Source: Owenia fusiformis (taxonomy: Eukaryota). From it: DNA of 64,000 bases. The position numbers and the translations under genes were made by a program. Where the stretch lies: NCBI GenBank assembly GCA_903813345.2, contig CAIIXF020000001.1, positions 7,936,001-8,000,000 on the forward strand, in the 5' to 3' direction. The stretch's first letter is position 1, and each line of letters begins with the position of its first letter. Under the pieces are notes generated by a model. That model saw only the letters and a program-made list of their open reading frames with translations. It searched no databases and was not told the origin of the DNA. This document shows, piece by piece, positions 1 through 11,003 of the stretch.

Positions 1-244
1 TTCCCATTTGTTAGCAGAGAGCTCGTTCTGAGCTTTGAAATGATTGCAATGTCACTACAAGTATAGTTTGAAACAACAATCAGTTATTAGTATGGAATAA
101 TTTATTTCATTATGTTTTATACAATCAAGGCTTTAATAGTCTTTCACAAATCAAATTAAGTCACATATTATTTCCTGACAATCAAGGGATTTGATGATGA
201 AATCAAACAAGACCACTATAAAATCACAGTTGCAATGGGGAAAT

Positions 245-1440
245 GAGGATCCACAGCCCTGTGCTCACACAGTAGAATTTATCCACATTATGTTTGGAAA
301 GAATTAACTTTGTGCAGAAAAAATCTTTTTGTCCAAATTACAGTCGGTTACAAGGTCATTAAGTTACTCTGACTTAGACTTAGGTAGGTTTGTTACTGAG
401 TAAGTCCAACGACCACCGAGCGGTCAGTGTTTTCCACTGGTAGCCTCAAAACAGGGTTTGAAGAAAATGTGTAAAAGACCGACCATATCATGTAAAAGAC
501 TGAACATATTTGTAGCCTTAAAATATTAATAATTTGATTTTGAATGTCAATCGTTGGACTAGGCAACGTTTTTTACCGATTTTGTACCTTGCAACGAATG
601 GAAAGCAAACAAATTGGTCATGACCGTCTCCTCTCGATTAATTGTCCTGCCTTAGGTCCTAACCTATCATTAACCAACCTATCGTTTCTACGGGAATCTA
701 TCCTAATTCTTTACTGAAATTTAACAATTTCGAAACAAAAATGATTTGTTATCGTCATAGCCTATACTGAATACTGAACACGATATAATGTTACATGCGT
801 TCTCTTATCGGGATTAAAAGTGACTTACCATTTCAGTACACCATTAGAAAGCTTTTTTGTCATATCAAATGTAGTTTTTACCAGTTGACGTTTAACAACT
901 GAGAAATCAAACATAACGTTACGACGTCAACATCGACGATGTTTGTGTGTTTTTGTTATTGCGTTTCATATGAATGAACTTAATGCAATGTTATGTGCGT
1001 TTTTTTTTCCAAAGTGACTAACCAGGATGAAACTGGTCTTCTAACAACTGAAACATCACTTAAAAATATGACATTACACACCACGACGATGTAACGTTTT
1101 CATCGTGATTTGAAATTGATTAATTATACGTTTTTAAATCACGACCTAGTAAAGGTACTATAGTCATTGGATTCCCAGTTTTAGTTTTACTTCTAATTTT
1201 GCAATTTTTCATCTTTATGTAAAAGACCGTCAGCCGACCACCGACCACATGTACCCAACTGTGGAGAGTGACTGGTCGGCGGTTGGTGGTCGGCGGTCGG
1301 TGTTTTTCGTAAACCCTTTTCAACCACAAAACCTGCCATTAACTTTATATTATGAGAAAGTTCCCTGAAAATGAAATCCTACTTTTTCTTAAATGTTATA
1401 GAATAAACATTGAATTCCAAGTCAACTATGTGAGCACAGA
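245..1440 (+). repeat. Fragments of the HINE-like family seen at 54413-58217, split by the 453-1317 insertion
   Basis: gaggatccacagccctgtgctcacacag (~245-272) resembles the 5' end near 54420-54450; atgagaaagttccctgaaaatga (~1352-1374) matches the 343-bp repeat unit. Confidence 0.5.
453..1317. mobile_element. Degenerate non-autonomous DNA transposon (imperfect AGGGTTT...AAACCCT ends, CGACC/GGTCG subterminal repeats)
   Basis: agggtttgaagaaaa (453) versus ttttcgtaaaccct (ending 1317); ccgacc/ggtcgg motifs cluster near both ends; no clear TSD. Confidence 0.35.
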
Positions 1441-1919
1441 TGAAAAGAAACATAGAAAAATACAACCATTTTAAAACCGTTTAACCGTTCCGTTTAATGG
1501 AACAGCTCCCTACATTCTAAACAATGATCCAACACATGAAGACATGAAATGTTGAAAAACTTCAATAATGAAAAATATATTTTCCTTCTTAATTACATTG
1601 TGTTCATCATACTGTAACTGCTGTCACCCTACATACAAACATCATTTGACCAATAATTAGGCCTGCCATAATGGTATTCTGGTGATGTCCTGAAATCATT
1701 TACAATAATGAACATCCTCATTTTTACCAAGTAGTACTTTAAATCAGAATCCTAAGGGACAATTTGACATGTTTACTGAGCATTGCTTCTAACACTTTTC
1801 CATTCTGCTACTGAAGACTTTCTCTGCCTTGCAAATGAACTGATGTGATCTCTCACACTGTGATTCTACATACTCTCTATCCTTAGTGGCCACCTTAAAT
1901 GTGGGGGCAGATTATGATT

Positions 1920-2189
1920 AATTCAAATTATTGACAATAATTTCATTTATGGCAATGTGAGAGTCGGTTAAGGTTTAGGTATGAACAAGCCCTAAGAAGA
2001 CCATTCCCCGGTTATCCCAGGTAAATGTTTCTGGTAAGTTACACTGAACGAAACATCAAGCTTCAGATCTCGAGAGTACGAGATGAGACTTTAGACGAGA
2101 TATCGATAGGATTGTAGTTGGAGGGTTTTCTCCCTAGGTGCGTACAAAATCCATTAACATCAATGTAAGTTATACATTTCGATTCTTTT
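1920..2189 (+). repeat. Ngaro split direct repeat A1 (270 bp)
   Basis: Reads identical to 8209-8478 by eye (aattcaaattattgac...gattctttt). Confidence 0.95.
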
Positions 2190-3252
2190 TATCGACATTT
2201 ATCTCTTGTATATACATTTATCTATCGCTGAATCGTTTTGTGAAAATTGTATTGTAATATTTCACACAAAAAACGTCAGTTTAAAAAAGTTCAAAAAAAT
2301 TTCAAACACGTTTTATCTTTTGTCTTTATGACTTTGTAGTTTTATGTTTGAAGTATTCAATTGATATCTCGTACGTATGGTTTAAAACTTGAATTTATAC
2401 AAAAGAATTAATTTATTGATGAATATGGACACGTCACATTTTACTCGAGTCTCTACCTTACAGCTAGATGTAACTTCATCTATTTCGTATGTACTCGTAT
2501 TTCGTATGTAAAAATTGCTACACGCACCTAGAAATCATTTTATATTAATTATATTTAGGATGAAGCGTTGCTTGTCTGGTTTTAGATATTTCAAAATTTC
2601 TTTTCGGAGTTTGACACATGGTTAAATTTTCTCGCTGTAGCTAAAAATGGCTTCCGGTTCCAGACGTCAATAATGTAGGAAACTTTGAAATTATTCTCGC
2701 TTAAAGAAATCAAATATAACAATAGATTCAGACGGAGATGTGTGCTGATGTTTCTCAAATCTATACATAAAGATATATTTCATATTATTATGCCGTATTT
2801 CCTGTGTGTGTGACACATTGATTTACAATATTTACAACACCAAGGCAGCTAATCTTTCTACTCAAAGCCGGCATATAGAGAAGGTTTGGACCTAAGTAAG
2901 TCACATACATGTCCTCAAGTTACGTTCAATAGACTCCATCCAATCTAATAATAGATATTTCATTTATTTACGAGTGTAAGTAACCTTGTAGGCTATTAAA
3001 TAAATATTTCTATTCTATTTTATTATCCCATTCCAGAGATTTCTGGTTGTTATTGGGATTATTCATAGTACCATTAAGGTACAGATATCATTTTATTATT
3101 TGATATATATTTATCTCTTGAGAGAGCTATAATTATTCCTTTTCTTCTATATTTCTGACACCTTATTGCACATAATAAACTTTACTCTGAGGATAAGACA
3201 ATAGTCATTATTATCCTTACCTTTCTTCTCCCATTATACAAGACAATTAGAG

Positions 3253-3850
3253 ATGCCTAATGTTATTAGGGTCAGCATTATAGGCCACAGTTTTGTTCGG
3301 AAAATAGAAGAATCTAACCATTTTGACTTTAAATTAAAGGAAGACATAGTTAACTATAATACCATCATTGTATATACAATTAAACAATTTCAGATGATGT
3401 AAAATATAAAAATCCCTATCCAGATATGGCTATATTACAGCTAGGATAAAATGATCTGGTTCATAGATCATCTACCTTTGTTGCAAAAAATCTCATCACT
3501 TTGGCTGAACAATATTTAGATATACATCCTTCATTAAAAGCCTTTTATATTGGAGAACTATTTCAACGCTCATTGCATCCTTTCAAATCCTCGATCAATA
3601 CTGCTTCAGAAGGCATTCAATATAATTCAATATTTTATCTACCAATTTCAAATTGTTAAATGATATTCATCATCATAAGGGCAATAGACTTTTGTTCCTA
3701 CATCACCCACATACCACCCAATATAGAATCAATGGTCAAATTTGATAGATGACTCCTACGATCCCATACATCTCAATGCAAAGGGGAAAAGCGTTTCGTC
3801 AAGTCCTGGAAAGGCGCAGTCCTGAGATTTCTTGATTACATTTATTAGGT
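3253..3850 (+). pseudogene. Decayed SGNH/GDSL-type hydrolase carried by the Ngaro element
   Basis: Manual translation across frameshifts: MPNVIRVSIIGHSFVRK (block I, GHS), PDMAILQLG*NDL (block III), DPIHLNAKG from 3760 (block V, DxxH); in-frame stops and frameshifts present. Confidence 0.75.
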
Positions 3851-4009
3851 AATAATAATTAGACTTAACATTAGAAGAGACGGCTACTCTTCTCTAACCA
3901 AACATAAGCCAGAGAGTCGTTAACTTTTCACAATAGTTTATTCACTTAGTTATCCTTCTTAAGTACTATACTTATAATAGGAAATTTAGTTTCCTGTTTA
4001 CTTATATTT

Positions 4010-4587
4010 TATCATATTTATATTATGATAAATATATATTATTTTGTATATCATCTGCATTTATTCATGCAGTGTATACTATACCTTTAGACATGATATG
4101 TTATCATATTTATATTATGATAAAATTCATATTATTTTATATTTCATATTCATGCATTGTATGCTTTACCTTTATTCTTAAAGGTTATCATATTTATATT
4201 ATGATAATTCATATTACATTTATATCATATGCATTTATTCATGCATTGTATACTTTACCTTTATTCTTAAAGGTTATCATATTTATATTATGATAATTCA
4301 TTTTTTATATTTCATATGCATTTATTTATGCAGTGTATTCTAAATCATATTTATTATGATTAGCCTTATGGGCATCATATTTATATTATGATAATTCATA
4401 ATCTTTATATATAATATGCATTTATTTATGCAGTGTATTCTAAATCATATTTATTATGATTAGCCTTATGGGCATCATTTTTATATTATGATAATTCATA
4501 ATCTTTATATATCATATGCATTTATTTATGCAGTGTATTCTAAATCATATTTATTATGATTAGCCTTATGGGCATCATATTTATATA
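4010..4587. repeat. AT-rich tandem repeat (~80-bp units followed by three 100-bp units) inside the Ngaro element
   Basis: tagccttatgggcatc recurs at 4361, 4461 and 4561; atcatatttatattatgata recurs throughout. Confidence 0.9.
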
Positions 4588-4687
4588 CATCTAACATGGA
4601 GCATGTGCTTCTATTTATATTTATCTAAATGTTTTTATGTCTTGAAGTTGCTTACCCTCTATATAACTACTAATTATTTCACTGCAA

Positions 4688-5430
4688 ATGTCTGAAACTG
4701 AAGGACCTAACCCAAGTATTACTATTGAAGAGTATCACACTTCTAATACCCTGACTGCAGCCAAGTCTATGCCCACTTTAATAAGGGGCAACTTTACAAC
4801 AACTTTTCCCTTATCCCCTTTCCCTTCTTATTCCACTACATCTTCCATTCCAACCCAACATTTCATTCTCTCTAAATAGACCCACAGCATCTATTACTCG
4901 CCCTATTCCATCTTTTGCATCAAGCGCTAATATCCAACCCTACCCTTCCATCCCTCCAGTCTCTACTAACCTTTCAGCTTTTCATAATTCCCAACCCGTC
5001 TCTACAGCTTATGGATTAATTCCCAACACAAATGCCATGCTACAAGGACAGGTGTCAGTAGCTTCAATAAATCCAATTCCCAGTTTTTAACATATTACAT
5101 TACATTATTTGTCCATATTTCAGATTTTGCGGATTTACTTTAATTCATTTCTATGATATTCTTATATTTTGGTATTCATGTATTGATTCATGATTGTATT
5201 GAAGACAAAAACAATGATTATGTCCTCTGTGAGATGTAATCTGACAATTCTTTTGAATCAAAACATTTGAATTTAAACCCTTCAAAGAAGGGAAAATCCT
5301 TTCATTTCCAGAATGGGTCCGAGCATTCAGTATATTTATTGCTGTCTATACCCAAAGATTTCATGATCAAACCCCTCACCTCTTGAAATATATATCCCCT
5401 TGTCCCTTTAACCACACCTGCCCAACTTGC
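4688..5430 (+). pseudogene. Decayed gag-like ORF1 of the Ngaro element
   Basis: ATG at 4688, P/S/T-rich N-terminus, then FPEWVRAFSIFIAVYTQRF..PHLLKY (~5305-5395) and CPFNHTCPTC; broken by stops and an internal insertion. Confidence 0.65.
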
Positions 5431-5534
5431 AAAATGTTACTCTCGCAACAACGGCAGGCAAGCCCAATTCCCCAACAAAAAGCGCTCAGGTACTGGAGAC
5501 TCCAAAAAACCCTTCGGTGAACTTATGTCAACAC

Positions 5535-6665
5535 AAGTTGTTACTCCAGTTAAACCTGAAAGACTCAGATATTGGCTTGAAGGCTATGAACATCAAGAAG
5601 AAACAGTTCATGGTTTCTAGTACGGATTTAAATTTCCTCACTCTGATTTGCCAGAACATTACAACATTACTCATGATAATTTGTCATCATATCTAAGAAC
5701 CCAGAAGCTCTCAAAAAATTAAACAAAGAGCTTGAAGCTGGTAGAATACTTGGACCTTTTGACCAGCCACCATTTGATATTATTTCACCCTTATTTCTCG
5801 TTCCTAAAAATCTCCAGGTTAATTCTGTGTTATTCACAACTTATCACATCCCAGAGGCCAACCCATAATGATACTATCCCAGACGAAACTTCTACAGTTA
5901 AATATGCAACCGTACAACAAGCCATAGATATTATAAAACATTTAGGAAAAGGTTGCTTCTTGTGTATGACTATTAGAAGCTTGTTTGCTCATGGACATGG
6001 CAAAACAATCATTGCCACTTTATGTAACATAAACCCCTTTACCATTAAGCCAAAACCAAAGAAAGTCTCAAAGAGAACTTTTATCTGCTATAGGATTCCT
6101 TAGCTACTGTTGTTGTGTGATTCCTTTCGGTAGATCATTTATTTCATTATTTATTCATCTATCTAAAAATGAAGGAGCTACATTATAAAATCTTAATCAA
6201 CACTCCATCTATGCAGGATTTATTAATGTGGAAATAGTTTCTAATTCCCTTTAATGGGAAATCTATTTTCCTTACAGAAGAACAAGAGAACAATTGCATC
6301 TTTTACCGATGCTTCTACTACGATAGGCTTTGGAGCCGTTTGCAATAATCTTTGGTTTAAAGGGGAATCAAGGCCATTAAAAGGCCATCAGAATGGAAAG
6401 AATTGGACATCAATATTCTTGAATTATATCCTATTGTTACTGCTATACTTACATAGGCAAAACTTATGTCTGGACACACAGTTATCCTGCATTCTGACAA
6501 TGAAGCAGTAGTGAACATACCGAATTAAATTTTCTACCAGCAATCAAACGTCCATGCAACTCTTACTTCCTATATATTAAAATGTCTCTTAAACAATATC
6601 ATGTTCAAAGTGAACACATTGCTGGTATTCTTAATTCTGCTGCTGACGCTTTATCTAGAAACAAT
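5535..6665 (+). pseudogene. Decayed reverse transcriptase/RNase H of the Ngaro element (catalytic RT core apparently deleted)
   Basis: Motifs in shifting frames: TPVKPERLRYWLEGY, ELEAGRILGPFDQPP, NDTIPDETSTVKYATVQQAI; RNase H FTDASTTIGFGA, INILELYPIV, HSDNEAVV, HIAGILNSAADALSR. No YLDD found. Confidence 0.85.
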
Positions 6666-6667
6666 TT

Positions 6668-7533
6668 ATGTTACTTTTTATCTTTTAGAAGCACTTCAAG
6701 CTGCCCAAGCCCCGTCTACCAGAAAGTCATATGATTTATTAGTACAGTTCAACTCCCAGACAGGTATAGGTGAATTTCCTCTAACCCCAGCCTCTGCTAG
6801 CCTTTTTGCAGCACATCTTCGTTTAAAGAATTATCCCCCTAATTCATTCAAGTCAGTTCTGTCTGGTTTATCATTTTTATCATATTTTCACAATTAACAA
6901 TTTCAAGGATCCCACTACTTCTTATGTAGTCTCTCAAATAGTTTCTGGTTTTTGTAAACAAAATCCTAGCATAGACACTAGATTGCCAATCAACACAGCC
7001 TTGTTAGAACAAATGGTTTCTAAAACTTCTGAAGTAGATTTTGACCCTTTTGCTCAAGTCTTGTACAGAGCTATGTTATCTACAGCCTTTTTGGCTTACT
7101 AAGAAGTAGTGAGTTGACAAGTACTTCCGCAGGACACAACTTACAGTTAGAAAGTATTAAATTCTCTCCCGATGAAGCCTTTTTCATTATTACTTTTTCA
7201 CATTTTAAACATAGCTCATCTCCTGCTACGATATCAATTAATTCTCAATTACCATCTTGTTGTCCAGTATTACATATGAAGTTGTACCTGAACATAAGGT
7301 CCTTTAAATCAGGTCCTCTTTTCATTTATAGAGATGCTCCAGTGAATACTTCTGTATTTAACAATTTTCTTCACAAACTCTTTGTTCAATGTCAGGTAGA
7401 TCCTACCTTCTATAAATGCCACAGTTTGCGGATAGGCGGAGCTACATGGGCCACAAATCTTGGACTTGATGACTATACTATCAAAAGATTGGGATATGAC
7501 ATACATACATACATTAAAAAATATATTAGGTAG
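6668..7533 (+). pseudogene. Decayed tyrosine recombinase (YR) of the Ngaro element
   Basis: AQAPSTRKSY...DPT...DTRLPI...STAF/GLLRSSEL (catalytic R, 1-nt frameshift), HFKHS, CPV, YKCHSLRIGGATWA (HxxR), terminal KYIR; ORF-track pieces 6601-6897 and 7114-7533. Confidence 0.9.
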
Positions 7534-7544
7534 ACATTTATAAA

Positions 7545-7670
7545 CTCAGACTGGTGTCGAGTATGCAATTTTCATTAAAGCCCCAAAGTTGCTCAGACAG
7601 GTGTCGAGTATTCAATTTTCATGTAAACCCCAAAGTCGGCTCAAACAGGTGTCGAGCATGCAAATTTCAA
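7545..7670. repeat. Three ~48-bp tandem copies downstream of YR
   Basis: ctcagactggtgtcgagtatgcaattttc-like unit starting at ~7545, ~7592 and ~7640. Confidence 0.8.
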
Positions 7671-7976
7671 GTAGCTACTGTTTTTTCTTCATGATGTACT
7701 AGAAATTTAATTGAGATAAACCCGCACTTTCTGAATTCAAAAATTTTCATTCAATTCTAATTCCTTTATCTTACCTGAGATTGACAGCATATTACATTAC
7801 ATTACATTAATTTGTCCATCAATATTTCAGAATTTGCGGATTTACTTTAGTTCATTTCTATGATGTTCTTATAATTTGGTATTCATGTATTGATTTGTGT
7901 GTATCAATAAATGATTTAACTACTTTCTAATTAATCTTCTTTTCTTTTGGGCTCTCGCGAGAGATCGCGCATGGCC

Positions 7977-8211
7977 TTATTTTCGCCCAAGAAGATGAGT
8001 TGGAGATGGTATTATAATATATCCAATTGAGCTAATTAACAGTTATGTCAAATTGTAAACTCTTGTAGCTAATTAACTTAAATTAGCCATTATTTTCCAA
8101 GGTATTGTGTTTTGTGTTAATTGGCTCAATATTTATTTATATTAATTTTATATTAATAATTTTACATGTACGACTCTCACGGCCATATCTATACTCTACA
8201 TGAACATAAAT
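7977..8211 (+). repeat. Ngaro split direct repeat B1 (235 bp)
   Basis: Reads identical to 8519-8753; overlaps A2 by AAT. Confidence 0.95.
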
Positions 8212-8478
8212 TCAAATTATTGACAATAATTTCATTTATGGCAATGTGAGAGTCGGTTAAGGTTTAGGTATGAACAAGCCCTAAGAAGACCATTCCCCGG
8301 TTATCCCAGGTAAATGTTTCTGGTAAGTTACACTGAACGAAACATCAAGCTTCAGATCTCGAGAGTACGAGATGAGACTTTAGACGAGATATCGATAGGA
8401 TTGTAGTTGGAGGGTTTTCTCCCTAGGTGCGTACAAAATCCATTAACATCAATGTAAGTTATACATTTCGATTCTTTT
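8209..8478 (+). repeat. Ngaro split direct repeat A2
   Basis: Copy of 1920-2189. Confidence 0.95.
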
Positions 8479-8518
8479 CCCTCACCTCCTTCCCCAGCTT
8501 ACACCACCAGTTGGAGAT

Positions 8519-8753
8519 TTATTTTCGCCCAAGAAGATGAGTTGGAGATGGTATTATAATATATCCAATTGAGCTAATTAACAGTTATGTCAAATTGTAA
8601 ACTCTTGTAGCTAATTAACTTAAATTAGCCATTATTTTCCAAGGTATTGTGTTTTGTGTTAATTGGCTCAATATTTATTTATATTAATTTTATATTAATA
8701 ATTTTACATGTACGACTCTCACGGCCATATCTATACTCTACATGAACATAAAT
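8519..8753 (+). repeat. Ngaro split direct repeat B2 (element 3' end)
   Basis: Copy of 7977-8211. Confidence 0.95.
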
Positions 8754-9374
8754 CATATTTTTGTAATTTCCTATGTAGCCTCAATGCAATCCACTACCCA
8801 CTAATTACCTCCTTTAGGAACACATTTCAAAAGTTCATTGGCAGTTAGACTAATTAAATATGGAAGGGGGGGGGGGGGGGTTCTACAATGGGATAATCTT
8901 CATCCACTCATGCCCTAATAGAGGTTTAAAGGTATTGAATGGAGAACTGGAATTTTGGGAGTGATTTAGGATTCAACCTTAAAGCGCTCTTCATAATATG
9001 CTGAATACATGTGATGCATTATATACTATATTATGTATTATTAAGGATATTTAAAATTTAATATATATGTTAAACGTTCCATCCCTTAAATTTAGGACAT
9101 TTCACCAAAAGGTGCCTAATGATATTCATTTGTAAATATCAAAAAGTCAAGGTATTTAAAAATGTGATCTAACACCTTAATATATTCACCCTGGTTTACA
9201 GAGCGGACACATATTTCAACTTTTATTTTGTCTTTCTCACAATTTCTTAAAATCCATAGGGTGATTTATTTTTTTCCTATAATTCAATTTTTCTTATTTT
9301 ATTATACTGTACAATTTACATATAAAACCCATATAAATGATCAGTCATGACCAGCAAATCTGGAATGAAGACTG

Positions 9375-9743
9375 TGTAAAGACCCTCGATAGTAAGTTGC
9401 TACTACAGTTTCAGCTCAGGGGTACACTACAGCCCCCGGACAGGCGTGCCCTCAGGTTGTTACAGCTGTGTCAGAAGTGGGATTGCCCTTGTGAATCAGT
9501 TGCAGCAGGACATCACCTTTTTGGGGGTAGGGGTGGTGTAATGACCCTCATTAGGAAGTCGCTACTACAGTCACAGCTGTAGCGGCTAGTCCTTACAGCT
9601 CAGGGGTAGAGCGTCTGTCTTGTAAGCCGAGGGTCCTGGGTTCGATTCCTTGGGGCACTGAATTTAGCACACTCCCTTTCATGTCTAGTATCTGGCTCGT
9701 TACACCACAGCTACTATGATGGGCGTGCCCTCAGGTTGTTACA
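9375..9743 (+). mobile_element. Miniature LTR retroelement (TRIM) with tRNA-containing LTR, Helenus-like, copy 1
   Basis: Internally deleted LTR 9375-9464 (TGTAA..TTACA), degenerate PBS gtgtcagaagtgggat, PPT gggggtaggggtgg, LTR 9537-9743; homologous to 18783-19238. Confidence 0.85.
9589..9657 (+). pseudogene. tRNA-derived (Thr-TGT-like) Pol III cassette inside the LTR
   Basis: A box cagctcaggggtagagc, anticodon loop ctTGTaa (TGT at 9621-9623), B box ggttcgattcc (9639-9649); acceptor and T stems imperfect. Confidence 0.75.
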
Positions 9744-11003
9744 GTTGGATGAATATGGGATCTAAATGAGATATTTACTTTTGGTTTATTGTTTTTATTA
9801 ACATGGTTTGTTCATCTTATGTCATTATATTGTATGAAATGAATATCATATATAATCTTCCTTTGAATTTGTTCTGTTTTTATGCTGGTTGATCTTGCAC
9901 AATGTTATTATATAATTCCGGTGGTATAATTATGTATCACTACAAAACTTGAATATGTTTTGTAAAATTCTTCTCTCACACGTAACAGGATGTAAAATGA
10001 ATAAAAATTAACTTTGAAAACCTATAAAAAATTATGAATTTTATCTTGAGAGTACATTATTTCCAAATCAAAGCAATTAAATCTTTACAAGACACATGTG
10101 AGAACACTATCCCATGCATGCAACCCATTATATCAAAGTTTTAACAGATGCTATATCATGTCCACAATAGAAAACCTGCTTTATATGCCTCAGAGTTAGA
10201 GATAAAATACTTTTCAAACCTTACAATTTCCTATAGCCACATTAATCATTTGAAAGCAAGGAGAACAATTCAGGAATAAAAATTCTTTAGATAGTAGAAT
10301 ATAGCTAAAACTCATTTATGAATGAAATTCATTTTATTAGCATCATAAAAACTGATGTAGTAGTTGAATTATAAGATTAGATATAATTTTATACTAGGCA
10401 ACAAATTGTATTTGATTGCCAATAAATGATAGGAGAGATGTTAATAGCCTTCTTAATATGTGCCCGAGGTTCTTGAGAATTGTCATATTTTATCCTATTT
10501 ATAACGTACATCAGTCTCACGATTCTTGCAATCTTGCTGTTACAGACGTATTATATATGTAATACCAGCTCCGCAAGGCAACTTTTGAATTTCTGTATAT
10601 ATTTTCTTGTATAATAGAGAAGTATTGACTGAATACTGTAAAACTAGCACCAAATGACTGTTCTTCAAGAACGAGGGGCAACATGAAGGTACAAGGTAAC
10701 ATAAGCTTTAGTAAAATAAATTCAGTAAGAAAGCGCAAAAAGCAATAAATAAAAGTGTAAATTATTTTGATTCATTACAATTATCTTAATCTTTATCCAC
10801 CCACAAGAGATAAATAATTTATTCAATCATGACTGAATATTTCTGACCAATCTGATTGCTTAGTTAAGTTATTGTCCACCATTACTCAACAATGGAAACC
10901 AGAGAGTCAATTAGTTGAATTAGCCATTGTTCATTTACATTGATGAATCCCAGTCATGCATGTTAATATACCAACTATTAGTATTTAATTCATTATTCCT
11001 TAA

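Larger units (their letters stand above)
1920..8753 (+). mobile_element. Ngaro-type (DIRS order) tyrosine-recombinase retrotransposon, full length, coding region decayed
   Basis: Split direct repeats A1 (1920-2189) ... B1 (7977-8211), A2 (8209-8478), 40-bp spacer, B2 (8519-8753), enclosing gag-like, RT/RNase H and YR remnants in the expected order. Confidence 0.93.

Noticed and set aside
2025-2056. Hammerhead-ribozyme-like ctggtaa-gtt..aac-gaaac in Ngaro repeat A
   Set aside because: The core differs from CUGAUGA at two positions and there is no room for stem I; it is better explained as a simple atgtttc/gaaacat hairpin.
4072-4293. Hydrophobic 73-aa ORF as a membrane protein
   Set aside because: It is a translation of the AT-rich tandem repeat.
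7977-8753. Assembly duplication or ordinary LTR pair
   Set aside because: The A...B-A-B order around YR/RT remnants is the diagnostic Ngaro split-direct-repeat layout.
8866-8880. 15-G run as a functional G-quadruplex
   Set aside because: Isolated homopolymer with no supporting context.
9589-9657. Functional tRNA-Thr gene
   Set aside because: Acceptor, anticodon and T stems are imperfect and it lies inside an LTR.
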